The notes below the pieces were generated by a model, which saw nothing but the letters and a program-made list of their open reading frames with translations, searched no databases and was not told the DNA's origin. Made by a program: the position numbers and the translations under genes. Below are positions 25,670-39,319 of a stretch of DNA of 64,000 bases, one piece after another. The first letter of the stretch is position 1, and the number at the start of each line of letters is the position of its first letter. The DNA comes from Camelus ferus (lineage: Eukaryota). The DNA is taken from contig NC_045697.1 in the NCBI RefSeq assembly GCF_009834535.1, positions 98,458,001 through 98,522,000 on the forward strand, written 5' to 3'.

Positions 25670-26634
25670 ATCTGCTGAGTTTTAAGGATAGTTGTTAGTA
25701 AGGCAGAACATAAGAAGACTGACCTTCACTTTGTGACTGTGAATAAGAACTTAATTTCTAGAACTTCGTTTTCCCAACTATAAAAGGAAAAGCTTAAAAA
25801 TTAGCTGATATGTAAAGTCCCTACGAAATTTAAGCATATGTATCCAGCTTCTCCCACTCGCCCTACAACCAGCTATCAGAAATCATTGGTTTCAAGTAAT
25901 ATTGCTGAATATCCAGTATTTTGGCCAATTCATCTGAACATTAATAATGTATTTGGCACAGCAAGATGATCCGTTGTCCCAAGGAGAGTCGTTTAAATTA
26001 ACTGATGTTTTCTTCCATATATGAGAGATTTTTTTATTGCATTGTTCAGATTCAATTTCAATAAATCCATTATAACTATGCTCAATACCAGTTACGAAGT
26101 CATCTTAAAATAAGTACGAAATTACAAACTTTATTGTTCACCATTAGCATCAAGTTTGTTTTTACATTTGAGACATTCTTCCACATTTAACATACTGAAG
26201 AAGGAAGGAGAGCTCTCTAAATCTGTTAAATTTAGAACTAGGAAAAATTTCAAGACATTTTACTCCTCCAGGCTTTCAAATCATAACTAACATGTCAGCC
26301 AGGAATTTTTTAACTGTCATCAACTACCAAACTATCAAAATTTAACAGGTTAGCACAATGACAATGAGTGGGATTCCAAAGTACAACTTCTTGGGGTATG
26401 TCTGTGTTGAGGCTTTAGATGTCTATAAATCTCACCACATTCATTGTGCCCAAAAACTCAGTCCTTACCCAGGCAGATTGAAGAAAATGACTTAGCATCA
26501 AAGGAATCAAGCTAATAGCAATACTTGTAAACATAAATACTGAGGTGTCCTTAATTTTAAGAAAAGACAAGGAGAAAGTGAAAATATGAAAAAATATATT
26601 TTTAAATTATGAAATTATAAATTTAATTTAAAGT

Positions 26635-26730
26635 TCTGGCACTGACTGGTTATATGACCATGAATAAATCACTTGAGTAATTTGAGGCTGTTTCCTCACT
26701 TATCAAATAAGGGTAATAATATCTACCAGA
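26635..26730 (+). mobile_element. MIR core fragment
   Basis: tgaccatgaataaatcactt...tgtttcctcacttatcaaataagggtaataatatctacc. Confidence 0.6.
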
Positions 26731-26784
26731 GTGGGGAAAACCCCAAATTTTATCAACTGATGAATGGATAAAATGTGGTATATC

Positions 26785-27515
26785 AATAAACAAAATAATA
26801 AATGAAAGAGGAGAAATAACAACTGATAACACAGAGATACAAAAAATCATAAGAGAATACTATGAACAGTTTTGTAAGAAAAAAATGGACAAACTAGAAG
26901 ACATAGATAAACTTCTAGAAACATACAAATTTCCAAGACTGGATCAGGAAGAAACAGACAATCTGAACAGACAGATCACCAGTAGTGAAATTGAATTTGT
27001 AATTTAAAAACTCTCAGCAAACAAAAGTCCATGACCTGACAGCTTCATAGGGGAATTCTGCCAAACATATAAAGAAGAGATAATACTCATCTTTCTCAAA
27101 CTATTCCAAAAAACTGAAGAGGAGGGAATACCCAAATTCATTCTATGAAGCCACAATTACCTGATACCAAAACAAGACAAACACAATACAAAAAAAGGAA
27201 ATTACAAATTAGTATCTCAGTTGAATACTGATGCAAAAATACTCGGCAAAATATTAGCAAACTGAATTCAACAATATAAAAAAAAGATCATACACCATGA
27301 TCCAGTAGGATTTATTCCAAGGATGCAAGCGTGGGTCAATATCCACAAACCAATCATCATGATACACCACAGTAACAAAACAAAGCATAAAAATCACTAT
27401 CATCTCAATAGATGCAGAAAAAGCATTTGAAAAAATTAAACATCCATTCATGATAAAAAAAAAAAAAAACCTCTCATCAAAGTTGGTTTAGAGGGAATAT
27501 ACCACAATATAACAA
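26785..27515 (+). mobile_element. L1 ORF2 internal fragment (Z domain / start of reverse transcriptase), disrupted
   Basis: Translates with stops and frameshifts to ...NTDAKILGKILAN..., [20 protein letters not shown], typical of L1 RT. Confidence 0.9.
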
Positions 27516-28610
27516 AGAAGAGGCAATTTATTGAAGAGGAAATACAAATGGCCCAAAAACATATAACAATAAGTCTGCCCTCACTAATAACCATGGAAAT
27601 GCAAACTAAATCACTAGTCATATTTTATACCAATCAGATAAGAAGAAATGTTAATGTGGTTTGAGAATACAGTGCATTGGCAAGATTTTACAGAGAGAGG
27701 ATCAACTTACCAGTGGTGACTCTATCAGTTAGAACATTCACTTTGCGCCTCCTGTTAAAATAAAAAGTATTCATAGCTGTGATCCAGATTTTAAATTTCT
27801 AGATATTTACTCATTTTTTAAAAAGCACTCTAGTGGGGCAGAGGGTGGGAAGGGATAGACTGGGACTTCAAAATTGTAGAATAGATAAACAAGATTATAC
27901 TGTATAGCACAGGGAAATATACACAAAATGTTATGGTAGCTCACAGAGAAAAAAATGTGACAATGAGTGTGTATATGTCCATGTATGACTGAAACATTGT
28001 GCTGAACACTGGAATTTGACACAACATTGTAAAATGATTATAAATCAATAAAAAAAAGTTAAAAAAAATAAAAAACACTCTAGTGTGTGCAAAGATGTTC
28101 ATTGCAACATAAAATCATGAAATTGTTAAGTAAAACGTTGTATATTTAAGAGGTGGAATATTACATAACAGATAAAATGAATAAACTAAAGTGTGCTTGG
28201 ATGTGTGTGCACATCACCACAGATAGTTTTGTTTTAAAGTAATTTGCATAAAAAGCATAAAATATAATGTAAACATAATGCCTTTCATGTTATAAAACAA
28301 TCCTATACATTTCATAGAAATACATATGTATTTATGTTAGTGCAAAAGACAATCACCTGGAAGAACAGTAAACCAAACTCATGATTATGAATACTACCAA
28401 AAAGGGAGGGGGGGAACTTAGATGGTTACTGAAAAGGAATTCAGTTTTATCTGAAATGTTTTCATAAAAGACAAAAAAGGAAAGTACAGTCATGTGTTAC
28501 TTGGGTATTTTTTTTAAGTTGATGCTTAGGAAAAAGCCTGAAAAGAAATCTATCAAAATGTTCAAGTGCCTTGCTTGATGGTGGATATATCTGGGATTAT
28601 TTTCACTTAT
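27515..28610 (+). mobile_element. Old L1ME-type 3' region, degraded, carrying a younger L1 tail
   Basis: gaggaaatacaaatggcc...gaaatgcaaact...caaagatgttcattgcaaca...gaggtggaatattac. Confidence 0.6.
27836..28075 (+). mobile_element. Young camelid-type L1 3' tail
   Basis: gggaagggatagactggga...ctggaatttgacacaacattgtaaaatgattataaatcaataaaa; TSD cactctagtg at 27826-27835 and 28076-28085. Confidence 0.9.
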
Positions 28611-29814
28611 ATGTGAGTGGGGAGGATGATATGGGTATGTGTGTGTGTGCCTGTGTAGGTGTGTTTTCCAAATCTCTGAAGTTTAAAAAAAAAAAAGTAG
28701 AAAAAGTGGTTACTTAGAGTTTGATATTCAATCAGATAGAATGACAAACCCAATTGTAAGACTGACCCAGATTTCAATGTGATAAAAGCACCTTGTATAT
28801 TATATGGGAGGGATAACCCACTAACTAATCCACTATTATCCATTAGATTAAACATTAGATTAAAATCTTTACTAAGAGTTAAGCTTTCACCTTTGAAATC
28901 AGAGAACAGACCTTCGAAAAAATGAGCAGAACCAGTAGATTTTTGTGATTAAATATTACTACATAATTTGTCTTAAACACTTTTCCCTTTTAAAATGTCA
29001 AGATAATTATATGTTAAATATTACCTTAATAAGCCCTAGAAATTCAGATTTTAATTACAGAAACTTAGGAAATGTGAGCTTCTAGCCTCACATCATTTAA
29101 CTCTGGCCTCACGGAATTTGCAGGTTACACCAGAATCCTTCATTACCTGGTTACACACCAGTGGACAATATGACATTTTGCTTGGAAATGATATAGGATA
29201 ATATGATGGAAAATAACTGCACTTTCTCCATTGTGCTTCTCCTGTAAGGCTATAAATAAGCTGAATTGTGCTCCCTTGATTTATGTTTATGACTATTATT
29301 ATGATGATTTATTTTGAGTTGAGTGCTGACGGTGTGCTCTGTGCTCTACCAGACTCATAAGAAGAAATGGTTATGCCCCAGAGGCTTACATACCAAGACA
29401 AACAATTCAGCCATAAAATACACCAGCTAAGAGATGCTTAATCTCAGCAGTGCAATGCTTCTTGGAGTTTATATGGCGAAAATTTTCTCCTCTAGGGGAA
29501 AGGGGGTTAACACTCTTTGAAAGACTTTGAGGGCCAGTTTTCAATAGAGATTTCATACAGGAGTAAAGAAACATCAACGTACATGCTCTTAGAGCATAGT
29601 AAAGGGGACAGCTGATTGAGGGTTCCCCAGCAAACAAACAGATTTAGGTACTGAGTTAGGTATTGTGGATACAAGATTGCCCTTCAAGGGCTTCAGTCTA
29701 AGGAGCATCCTCAGCTATAGGACTCCAGTTAGGTTCAACGTACTGCTCTTATATTGCAACCATCTTAAATCTGTTCGGGAATAATATTGGTTATGGACAT
29801 CTAACTCTCTAGAC

Positions 29815-30065
29815 CCAGGTTTCAAAATGTATATTTTAGAAAACACTATGTTTGGAGGATGATTTTAGCTATGACAAAATTTTTGAATCTGTGGACAAAT
29901 AAACTTGAGAAATGTTGGGTTAAACAAAGTGAAACAAGTATCTCCATCGCAAGAATTCTCAGAGTCATCATGAAAATTGTGAATCTCTGAGCTTGACTGC
30001 AAAATAATTTTTGGTAGAGCACTTGACAGGACTAGTACTCTGGATAATACACATTGGGAAACACC
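29815..30065. mobile_element. MER103C-like hAT-Charlie MITE
   Basis: gtggacaaataaacttgagaaatgttgggttaaacaaagtgaaaca...ttctcagag...gactagt...cacattgggaaacac. Confidence 0.7.
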
Positions 30066-30281
30066 AAGGTTGGTGGAAGAGAGAACAAAAGAGAAAATGA
30101 ATCAAAACATGACTTTAACCGTGATGGTGCCTTTGTTTTCTGACTCAAGTGCTCAAAGAATTAATATACCCCAGCGTCTCTTCCAGTTGAGCTGGGCAAG
30201 GTACAATGCACTTCATCACCTTCCAAACACAGTTGGAAGGATAACAAGGGCAGAATAAGGCACAATAAGAGTCTACACATT

Positions 30282-30785
30282 TTTGGTAGCCAGCCTCCAA
30301 GATGGTCCCCAATAATCCCTGCTCCCCAATATCCTGCCCTTGGATGGTCCCCTCCCACAATAAATAGGGCTGACTTATGTAACTAATAGGATACTGTGGA
30401 AATAATGGGGTGCAACCTCCAAGGCTAGGTCATATAAGACATTACACCTTCTAACTTGCTGTTTTGGATCCCTTGCTCTGGGGGAAGCCAGCTGACATCT
30501 TGTGAGAACACTCAGGCAGCCCTACGGAGAGACCCATGTGGTGAAGAAGAGTCCTACAGCCATGTCAATGAGTCTTCTTAGAAGCACCAAGTTAACCCTT
30601 CAGATAACTGTAACCTCAGCTAATATCTTAACTGTACCCCCATGAAAGACCCTGAGCCAATACCACTCAGCTAAACTGCACCCAAATTCTTGACCCACAA
30701 AAACTATGTGAGGTAATAAATGTATATTGTTTTAAGCCACTAAGTTTGGGGGTAGTTTATTACACAGCAATAGATCATTAATACA
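30282..30785 (+). mobile_element. ERVL-MaLR solo LTR (MLT1F-like), near full length
   Basis: Starts tggtagccagcctccaagatggtcccc, ends aataaatgtatattgttttaagccactaagtttggggg...gcaatagatcattaataca. Confidence 0.88.
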
Positions 30786-32880
30786 GCATCCTAGATTTTT
30801 CAAGATTTCAAATATTCTGACCTGTTCTTCATCCATGTGTCCTAACTTAGGGGTTCAAAATATTTGATCACCAAAAGAGCTGTCTGCCTTATACACAGGG
30901 TTGGAGTCACTGAATCGCAATCAGTACTAGGACCAAAAGAGCTCTGTCTGGCATTCTAAGAATATGCTATCACTACCCAGTTCATGAAAAACTTCTGTTT
31001 CCTAGATGGGGCAAGGCAAATTCTCGATGAACTGATAAAATCAAAGAGATAGCTATCAAGATCCTTTTGGAAAACAGGACCATATTACTGAGAGTCAGAA
31101 AGTGGCCTCTGCTATGGGAGAGACACTGATATTGTCTAAACCCCACTATGGGGTAAAGCAGAGGATCAAGGCTTTTATACTAACTTAGCTAAGCAAGTAG
31201 ACATAAATCCAGCTCGTCCACGTGGAATATTAGGAAAGAGGAATTGAATGGTTTCCAAGGATGAGGACAAGATTGAGAATAAGAGAAACAATGCAAAGGA
31301 TCTGAAGAGAGCTGTGCAGAGATGTGAAACATGATCAGAAGCAAGGAGGGCTGGAGCCAAGATAACACGATCAGAGGAAGTGGATGTAGAAGGCATGGCC
31401 TCGGGCATCAGTAGGAGCCCTGGAGATGGGAGCCTTGAAGGATGCTGAGCAACTTTAGAAAGATGGTGAGCCAACCAAACGTGTGAAAATCCCCAGATGG
31501 TACAGGAGAAGTAGACTGACTTGAAAGAAACCGACACGTGAATTGGGCAAGGTTCAGAGAGTCACGTCAGAGCAGCATGCCCTAAAGAGGCTGTGAGCTG
31601 TGTGACAGGATGCACCTCAGAGGGCAGTGGTACATTAGAAGAAGGTCCTATCTGAGCTATGACCTTGGGGTCCTACCCAGAACAAGTGAGGGGCGAAGAA
31701 AGGAGGACAGCTGAGGAAAAGTGAGAGAGGGAGGGAAGAGACACAGAGAAGTATGTAGATTTAGTTGCTCAATGTAGCCACTGTTCCCATTAAGGAAGTT
31801 TAGGAAACCCTGACTGGGCTGCTTAGCTGAGGATGGATTTCTGGGAGAACAGGTAAACCATAGTAAAATAACTCAGGACCATCTGGACAATCTCTGATGC
31901 AAGAGTGTGGGATGCCTGAGTGTGTGTCTGACTCCTTTCATAACAAGGGCAACCATTTGAGAAATTCTGCATGAATAAGTTGGAATTATTTTCTCCCATT
32001 GCACCAAGTCCAGAAATAGTCCATGACCAATGATCCATTACAGCTGCCGGTAGAAATAAATTTCCTTGAAACTTTGCAACAGGCTCAATACACAGTCTTG
32101 CCCACAGAAACGCACGTAGCGGTAATCAGTATTCCTCCCTGGCCCCAGACCTGCTGGATAATTACAATTAAGCTTCAATGGATTAGCTGCCAGCAGGACG
32201 GTAGATAGTGAGTGGTATTTTACATCTGTACTTTTTCAGCAAACTTGGGTACGTGGGGGTTTTTTTCCTTCTCCATAGAAAACAAAAGAGTTATTTCCAA
32301 TTAATTCAGGAGACCATCAAAATTACTGAAAATTGTGCTGTTCCCCAAGGTAGGATGAATGAGGTAAGGAATGACTCTCCTCATTGTGTTAGAAAGGCAA
32401 GGGTCACTCACATTACTTACAGAGCTCCTAGTTTACATTTTTCAATTAGGAGATAATCAGGGTGCCATTATGAGTAAAAATTGTTGGAATGACCTCTTGG
32501 CTGTATATTTTAACCAGCAAATCTTTGGGGAGGGCTTGATTGAAAGCATGACAGGAGAACAAGGCAAGTTATACTGATGATAAATAAGAACAATTATCAC
32601 ACCTATTATCTGATAAATAATTTATTGTGATTTGCCATTAATCCATCTCAAGCCATCTCCTGGATAAAAACACACCCTAAAGACTGACTTCTTCAGCATT
32701 TCCCACGTCATGTCAGAAATTCTTGTCTGAAAAGCACAAAGGAAGCATTTATCTGGGATATAAAGAGCTGTCATTGCATTCTTGATCATTTTAATCAGTG
32801 CAGATAAATTATGCCCCTGATAAATGGTGAATCAGTACTTCTCTCTCAGCCCTTAAAAAGAAAATCTGTGAGAAGGTGTT

Positions 32881-33056
32881 TTTTGTGTGTTTTTTTTTTT
32901 TTGTTTTTTTTTTTTTTGTCACTTTGTCGTTTCTTTTTTTTAGTGGGGGAAGGTAATTAGGTTTATTTACTTATCTTTAATGGCAGTACTGGGGATTGAA
33001 CTCAGACCTCATGCTTGCTAAGCACATGCTCTACCACTGAGCTACCCACTTCTCCT
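32881..33056 (-). mobile_element. Camelid tRNA-derived SINE (Vic-1-like)
   Basis: Reverse strand has A box tagctcagtgg and B-box-like gagttcaatcc, long T tract on +; TSD core tgtgagaa at 32867-32874 and 33057-33064. Confidence 0.85.
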
Positions 33057-35137
33057 TGTGAGAAACTGTTTTGAGAAGTCATAGCTCAACACTTAGGAGT
33101 CTGTTTTGTTTTTAAATCTTGTCTTCCATTCTTATTAAACGCCATCAGTCTATGCATTTTCAGTCAATGCCTGCAGCATATTCCTAATTTCAGGGTCTAT
33201 ATGCTATTATAATAGGAAAATTAAATTCTTCATAATACCCCATGAATCCAATTGGTAAGAATTAGTGGGATATATAGAAATGATTCTAAATGTTGGAGAT
33301 TAGGGACAAATGTTGTTTCTTCTACTGCACTCTACTTGGTGATTCTTATAGGCATGTATGTATTATTTTTAACCCTGGTGCCAGGTAAGAAATGTAGACC
33401 TTTCAGACATACAGGTCACATTTCCCTATGACTTTACTTCCTGATGTCTGGAAAAAAAATAATACTATTTTTCCCTTTGTCGTCTCAGATCTTACTCCAT
33501 GTTGTCTCTTGTTCAAAGGTGAGCTTTTAATGCTACTTTTTTCCTTTTTTAAAATAATTATTGTTCCTTTTCAACAATGAACTTTGTAAGTAAATTAATT
33601 TGACTTTTTATTATTTACCTCGGATGTTAAACATATATTCTTCGTTAGGATTTCCACCCCTCCGTGTTTTTTTCTCTTGACATTTTTGGTCACTGCTTTG
33701 CTGTTATTTACTTAGTCATTCTATCAGCTTTGATCCATTTCATAGGGTTCCAGGAACATTTTTTAATCAATACAACATTAATGTCGGGCAGAGATCCATG
33801 TACCATTATCAGAAATTACAAACTGGTATTACCTGTTATGGTTCCCCCTACTACAGAAACTGAGTTATGGACCTGATGTCAAAGGGTTCTTTCCTCTGCC
33901 TTCAGGTATCTGACAGAGATTAAAATATTTTTTAAGGTCTGTTGAGAATGTCATTATACAAGCATTCAAGCAATCTGACATCGTCAGCATCAGGAAATTC
34001 TTCCTCATAGTTGCCCAAACCCCTCCAACTGCAATAGAAGCCCATTTTTAATTTGATTTTAGGACTGGGAGACTCCTCAAGCTCCTTTATTTTACAGATG
34101 AGAGAACAATGGAAAAGTAGACCCCACAGTGTCATATGGTCAATGTGTGGCGAATGGCAGGGGATGGAGACGGTGGTCACAGCAGAGGTGTTGATGGGCA
34201 TCCCTACCCATAGGCAGAAAGTCCTCTATCCACCACCATGATATGACCTGGGATCACCTTCACAGACCCCAAGTAGAACAGCCCTGAAAGACCCCAGCCC
34301 CACATGCTTCACAGAGTAAAGCAATAGAGAATTGTGAGTGCCCTTCACAGCATTATAATTTTAAATAATGGTGAAAATCCTAGATTATAGTCAATTTAAG
34401 GACAAGGCTACTTTTCCCAAGATTCTCAATTTCTAATATATTATACACAAGCCACAAAACCTCTCTCCATGTGGAATCATAGGAACTATTTACAGAAAGT
34501 TAAAACGACCAAATAATAATAATTCTGCACAGCTTTCTCTTGTCTGACTTGAGAAATAGATGTCACTAAGGTAAATCAGGACAGTTGAAGGTCTCGTGGT
34601 AATGCAGCATTCAATATTTTAATGCCAATATCATGAAAATTCACAAAAGGGAAATTTTTCTCTTTCTCTCTCTTATGTCTCTCTCTTTGTTAAACGTGTG
34701 TCTGGCTGTGTTCGTGTGTGTGGCTCTGATCCCAAAAATATAGTACCAATGAAAAAGGAAGGACACAATGGAAAAAGTATTCTACTCCCTTCCAACTAAA
34801 ATTCATAATGAGTTTCTTATAGGTGTGCTCCTCTTTTTAAAAGAACATCTGCTTTGAAAACTGATGATCCAACTCTCTCCATCTAGAAGCTCTCATGGAG
34901 ATTGGGTAGATGGCATTTGATTTACAAAAGCTGTAGAACTTTTCCTTTTAAAGCAATTCCAGAAATGGCCCTTCTGTGACGATGCTTGTGATAGAACATT
35001 CCAGCACTCCCTACCAAGCAGAACAAAGCTCTCATTTCATATAATTCCAGATATCCTCAGGCCTTCTAAGTTACCACCTGTGGTTTGGATCTAAGCAAAC
35101 AAAAACCTAAAAGAGGAGATAAATCATCAGTAAATCT

Positions 35138-35480
35138 CTTAGGTGCCGATCCACAAATACTAGGAGCCCAGGGAAATAACTAGGAAGATCCTGAAGTGAT
35201 GGTAGGGAATTATGATCTGGTTGGTATCAGGGAACCTGTTGGGATAAATCAAATGACTGAAATGTCAATACTGAGGAATGCAATCTGTGAAGAGAGGACA
35301 AAGAGGTGGGGAAAGAGGGCTCGTGCTATAGATCAAAACAAGTTGGACTTACAATGAAATACAGATGGATGATAAAGGAAGTCGCGACGCTGAAGCTTTA
35401 TGAGTTAAGGCAAAAGAAATATAGGAAATAAAGGGGAATTAGCACTGGGGGTCCTCTGTGCACTACTAAATCAAGATGAA
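35138..35480 (+). mobile_element. CR1/L3-type LINE fossil: ORF2 AP-endonuclease N-terminus
   Basis: Through stops and frameshifts reads LRCRSTNTRSP-GNN*EDPEVMV-GNYDLVGIRE-CWDKSND*NVNTEECNL...EAL*VK...NKGELALGV...NQDE, colinear with CR1 APE (LKCLYTNARSLGNKQEELE...YDLIGITETWWD..HDW...ESLWV...NKGDIVVGV..RPPNQ). Confidence 0.75.
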
Positions 35481-37701
35481 CTCACTGATAAATTACTGGA
35501 GAGGGACAAAAACAGATACCTATGTCCCCACAAATAAATAAAATGTAGCATGCAGTATAAATCTTGGCATAGATGTCTTGCCTCTCTCTGCTGCTACCTA
35601 CTGAAATGTCCCAGCATTTTTCTCCTCCTTTTCCTCCTTCTGACTCCCAAACAACTGTGGACACCAAGACCTCTGCTTAGCTTCTTGCCTTTGAATTAAC
35701 GATGATATTTTTGGTTTCATTTCTTTAGGTCCCTTAGGCAGACTTTGACCACTTGGGGTTTAAAGGCACAGTATGAATAAACCAAACATAAGTAAAATGC
35801 TAAATGACAAGATCACAAAACCCTGCTGCTCTAGATTTCAATTACAGAGACATTTCTTAAGGGATAATAAAAAGAGCAAAATGCAGGTCATCTGGGAATT
35901 TTTAGAGCTGTGTTGCTATTAGTTGCTTGTTTCATAAAGTGGAAAGGGCAGCTAGAGGTGAGGCAATTTGGGCCTGCTCACGACAAATAAGGAAGAAACC
36001 ATCAGGAATCTCGAGGTGAAGGGCACGTGGGAGCGTGACCTGATTTCATTTGCTATGCTGAGAGGAGGCTGATTTGTGCAACTTCTCACAGATACACAAA
36101 ATAGGAAAAAGGTGAAGCCATAAGAGAGAATTCTACCCTGAAAGTTAAAACTCACAAGGGAAAAATCTGTGAAGCAAAATTACACTGTGAAATGTCATTC
36201 TCTAAAGGGCTTAAACAAGAAGTGTGATAAATGTTATCACTCCGCAGTGCCATAAGGGTGCTGAAGACTCAATCACTGCTCTGATTTTGCCCAACAAGTG
36301 CAAGAAGGCAGTTATAGGAAAACAGACCCTGTTCCAAAGTGCTTTCAGGTTAAAGGCTGCAGGGAGAGAGGCAAAATGGGAAAACCTCTAATACAGCCAT
36401 CAAGCTCATAAATAACTTTAGATCATCACTGTCTAGTTGCCCTCTGGGATTTAAAGGCACTGTAAGGTCAGGATAAGCAAAGAATGAATAGAGTTAAAGG
36501 TCAGAAAGGTCCAGAGAAAGTCCACTCAAGAACCAAAGGAAAACTAGCCTAAACTAATCATTAAGACTGATTTTCTTAACGATCTCAGCAAAACAGTTGC
36601 AAGAAACCCCCTAATGTCATTCCAAGATCAAGCAAGTATGTCTAAGACTGGAGAACAGCTGCACTTCTAATCTGGGATACAGATGAGAAAGAGTATCTAA
36701 ACAGTTAGAAATTAACACCCATGGGGATGATGCCCAGATATGTGATCACAAAAACTTGTACAAAATGTGTGCGTGCATGCGTGAGTATTGAGATATATAT
36801 GTGTGGGTATATAATGTCATGTAATCATGAACTCTAGTTTCAGTGCCAAAGAGACAGATTTTAATGAATTGAAAGTGACATTTTAAACCTTTTTTCATAT
36901 TTCATTTTGACCTTTGAAATGGGTCAACATTATACTATATAATATATAATATAAAGCTGTATTACCCAAGTTGTGATCAAGCCTTCCTAGGTGGCAGCCA
37001 CCGTAATGACGTCCTCCATGAGAAGCCAATAAATTAAGGGAAGTATCTGAGGGTATCATGAAAGAGAAGGGGAGAAAGGGTCAAGAATCCAAAAAAGAGT
37101 TTGTTCCCCAAACTCTACTTGTGTGCTTGAACATGGAATGATCTCTCCCAGTGCACAAGCCCACTTTCAAGCTTATCAGTAAAACAAAGTTACCACCAAA
37201 AGCAAGATGGAAGACTTCAAGCAAGACAAAAAACTCTGAGGTTCAGGCTTTCCCAGCAGAGATGCTAAAAGTGTATCCTCAAGACTTGCATAGCCTGACA
37301 GGGAAAGGTGCCAATGACTTACTAATTTTTCTAAAAGAAGTTATAGAACAATATATATGGTATAATCTCATTTTTATTAAAACACAAACACAAGTTATAA
37401 ATGTACATATTTTATGAGCATAGTAAAAGATCTGAAAAATGTACAAAAATCTCTAATGGTATTTACTCTTGAGTGAAAGTAAGGTTGAAATGATGACTCT
37501 TATTTTGACAATTCATTTTTGAATTATTTTAATTTTTATAATAATTGTGTCTTTTTTTATAACCTTGAAAACCAACTTCAATATTCTTAGAAATCAACCT
37601 TGAGACTTCCTAGCTGCCTTCTATGGGTGCTTGTTAAAATAAAGTAGTATTTGTCTATCCAAATTCTATGACATCTCATAAGGTCAAGAATTTACCTTCT
37701 C

Positions 37702-39256
37702 TTAAAATACAAAGGTAGTAAAATCATCTATATCCACAGTAAGTAGTTGAGGAATACACAAAAAGATATAAACCATAATGTCAAAAACAGTAAACATGGG
37801 CATGGGAGAGTAAAAATGTAGGGTAGTTAGAATGTGTTTGCATTTAAGATAGCATCAACTTAAAATAATTATATACAGATACAGATATAGATACATGTTG
37901 TTTTATATGAACCTCATGGTGACAACAAACCGAAAACATATAATAGATACACACACACAAAGAGAAAGGAATCCAAACATAATACTAGAAACAGTCAACG
38001 TATCAGAAGGAAAGAAAGAAGAAAGGAAGAAAAGAGAACTACAAAAACAATCAGAAAATAATTAACAAAATGGCAATGAGAACATACCTGTCAATAATTA
38101 CTTTAAATGTAAATGAACAAAATACTCCAATAAAACACTATAGAGTGGCTTTTAATGGATTTTAAAAACAAGATGTATATATATGCTGCCTACAAGAGAC
38201 TCACTTCAGATCTAAAGACAGACTGAAAGTGAAGGGATGGAAAAAGGTATCCCATGCAAATTGAAACAAAAAGAAAACTGGAATAGCAATACTTATATCA
38301 GACAAAATAGACATTTTTCCAAAGAAGACATACAGATAGCCAAAAGGCACATAAAAAGATGCTCAACATCACTAATCATCAGGAAAATGCAAATCAAAAC
38401 CACAAGACACCACCTCAGACCTGTCCGAATGGCTATCATCAAAATGACAACAAATAACAAATGTTGGCAAGGATCTGGAGAAAGGGAGACCCTTAGGCAC
38501 TGTTGGCAGGAATGTACATTGGTGCAGCCACTATGGAAAACAGTATGGAGGTTCCCCCAAAATTAAAAATAGAACTGCCATATGATCCAGCAATTTCACT
38601 TCCAGATATTTGCTCAAAGAAAACAAAAACCCTAATTCAAAAAGATATGTGCACTCCAGTATTCATTACAGCATTATTTATAATGTCTAAGATATGGAAG
38701 AAACTTAAGTGTCCACCAATAGATGAATAGACGAAGAAGATGTGGTATGCATGTATATGTGTGTATTTATACTATATATATATATGTGCACACATATAAT
38801 GGAATATTACTCAGCCATAAAAAAGAAATATTGCCATTTGCAACAGTATGCATGGATCTAGAGAGTATTAGGCTAAGTGAAATAAGTCAGAGAAACACAA
38901 ATATCACATGATCTCACTTATGTGTGGAATCTAAAAAGCAAAACAAACAAAATAAAATGAAACACACTTACAGATACAGAGAACAAACAGTCACCAGAAG
39001 AGAAAAGGGGTCTTGAGGTGGGTGAAATAGGTGAAGGGGATTAAGAAGTACAAGCCTCCAGTGTTACAATAAACAGGCTACAGGAATCTAATCTACAGCA
39101 TAAGAAACACAGTCAATAACATCACAATAACTTTGTATGAGGATGGACTAGACTTGTCATTGTGATCATTTCAAAATGTATGCAAAAGTCAAATCATTAT
39201 GTAGTACACCTGAAACTAACACAATGTTGTATTTCAACTATACTTCAATTTTTAAA
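37702..39256 (+). mobile_element. L1 copy (inter-ORF region, ORF2 start, internal deletion, ORF2 C-terminus, 3' UTR)
   Basis: ORF2 EN motifs ([27 protein letters not shown]) run directly into C-terminal [12 protein letters not shown] aatttaccttc at 37689-37699 and 39257-39267. Confidence 0.9.
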
Positions 39257-39319
39257 AATTTACCTTCACTATTAAAGATGGAAATATTGAGATGATGCTC
39301 TAGGTTAATGAGACAAGAA

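Noticed and set aside
25860..26350. AT-rich stretch that might be an ancient transposon fossil
   Set aside because: I could not align it to any family or read a protein motif from it
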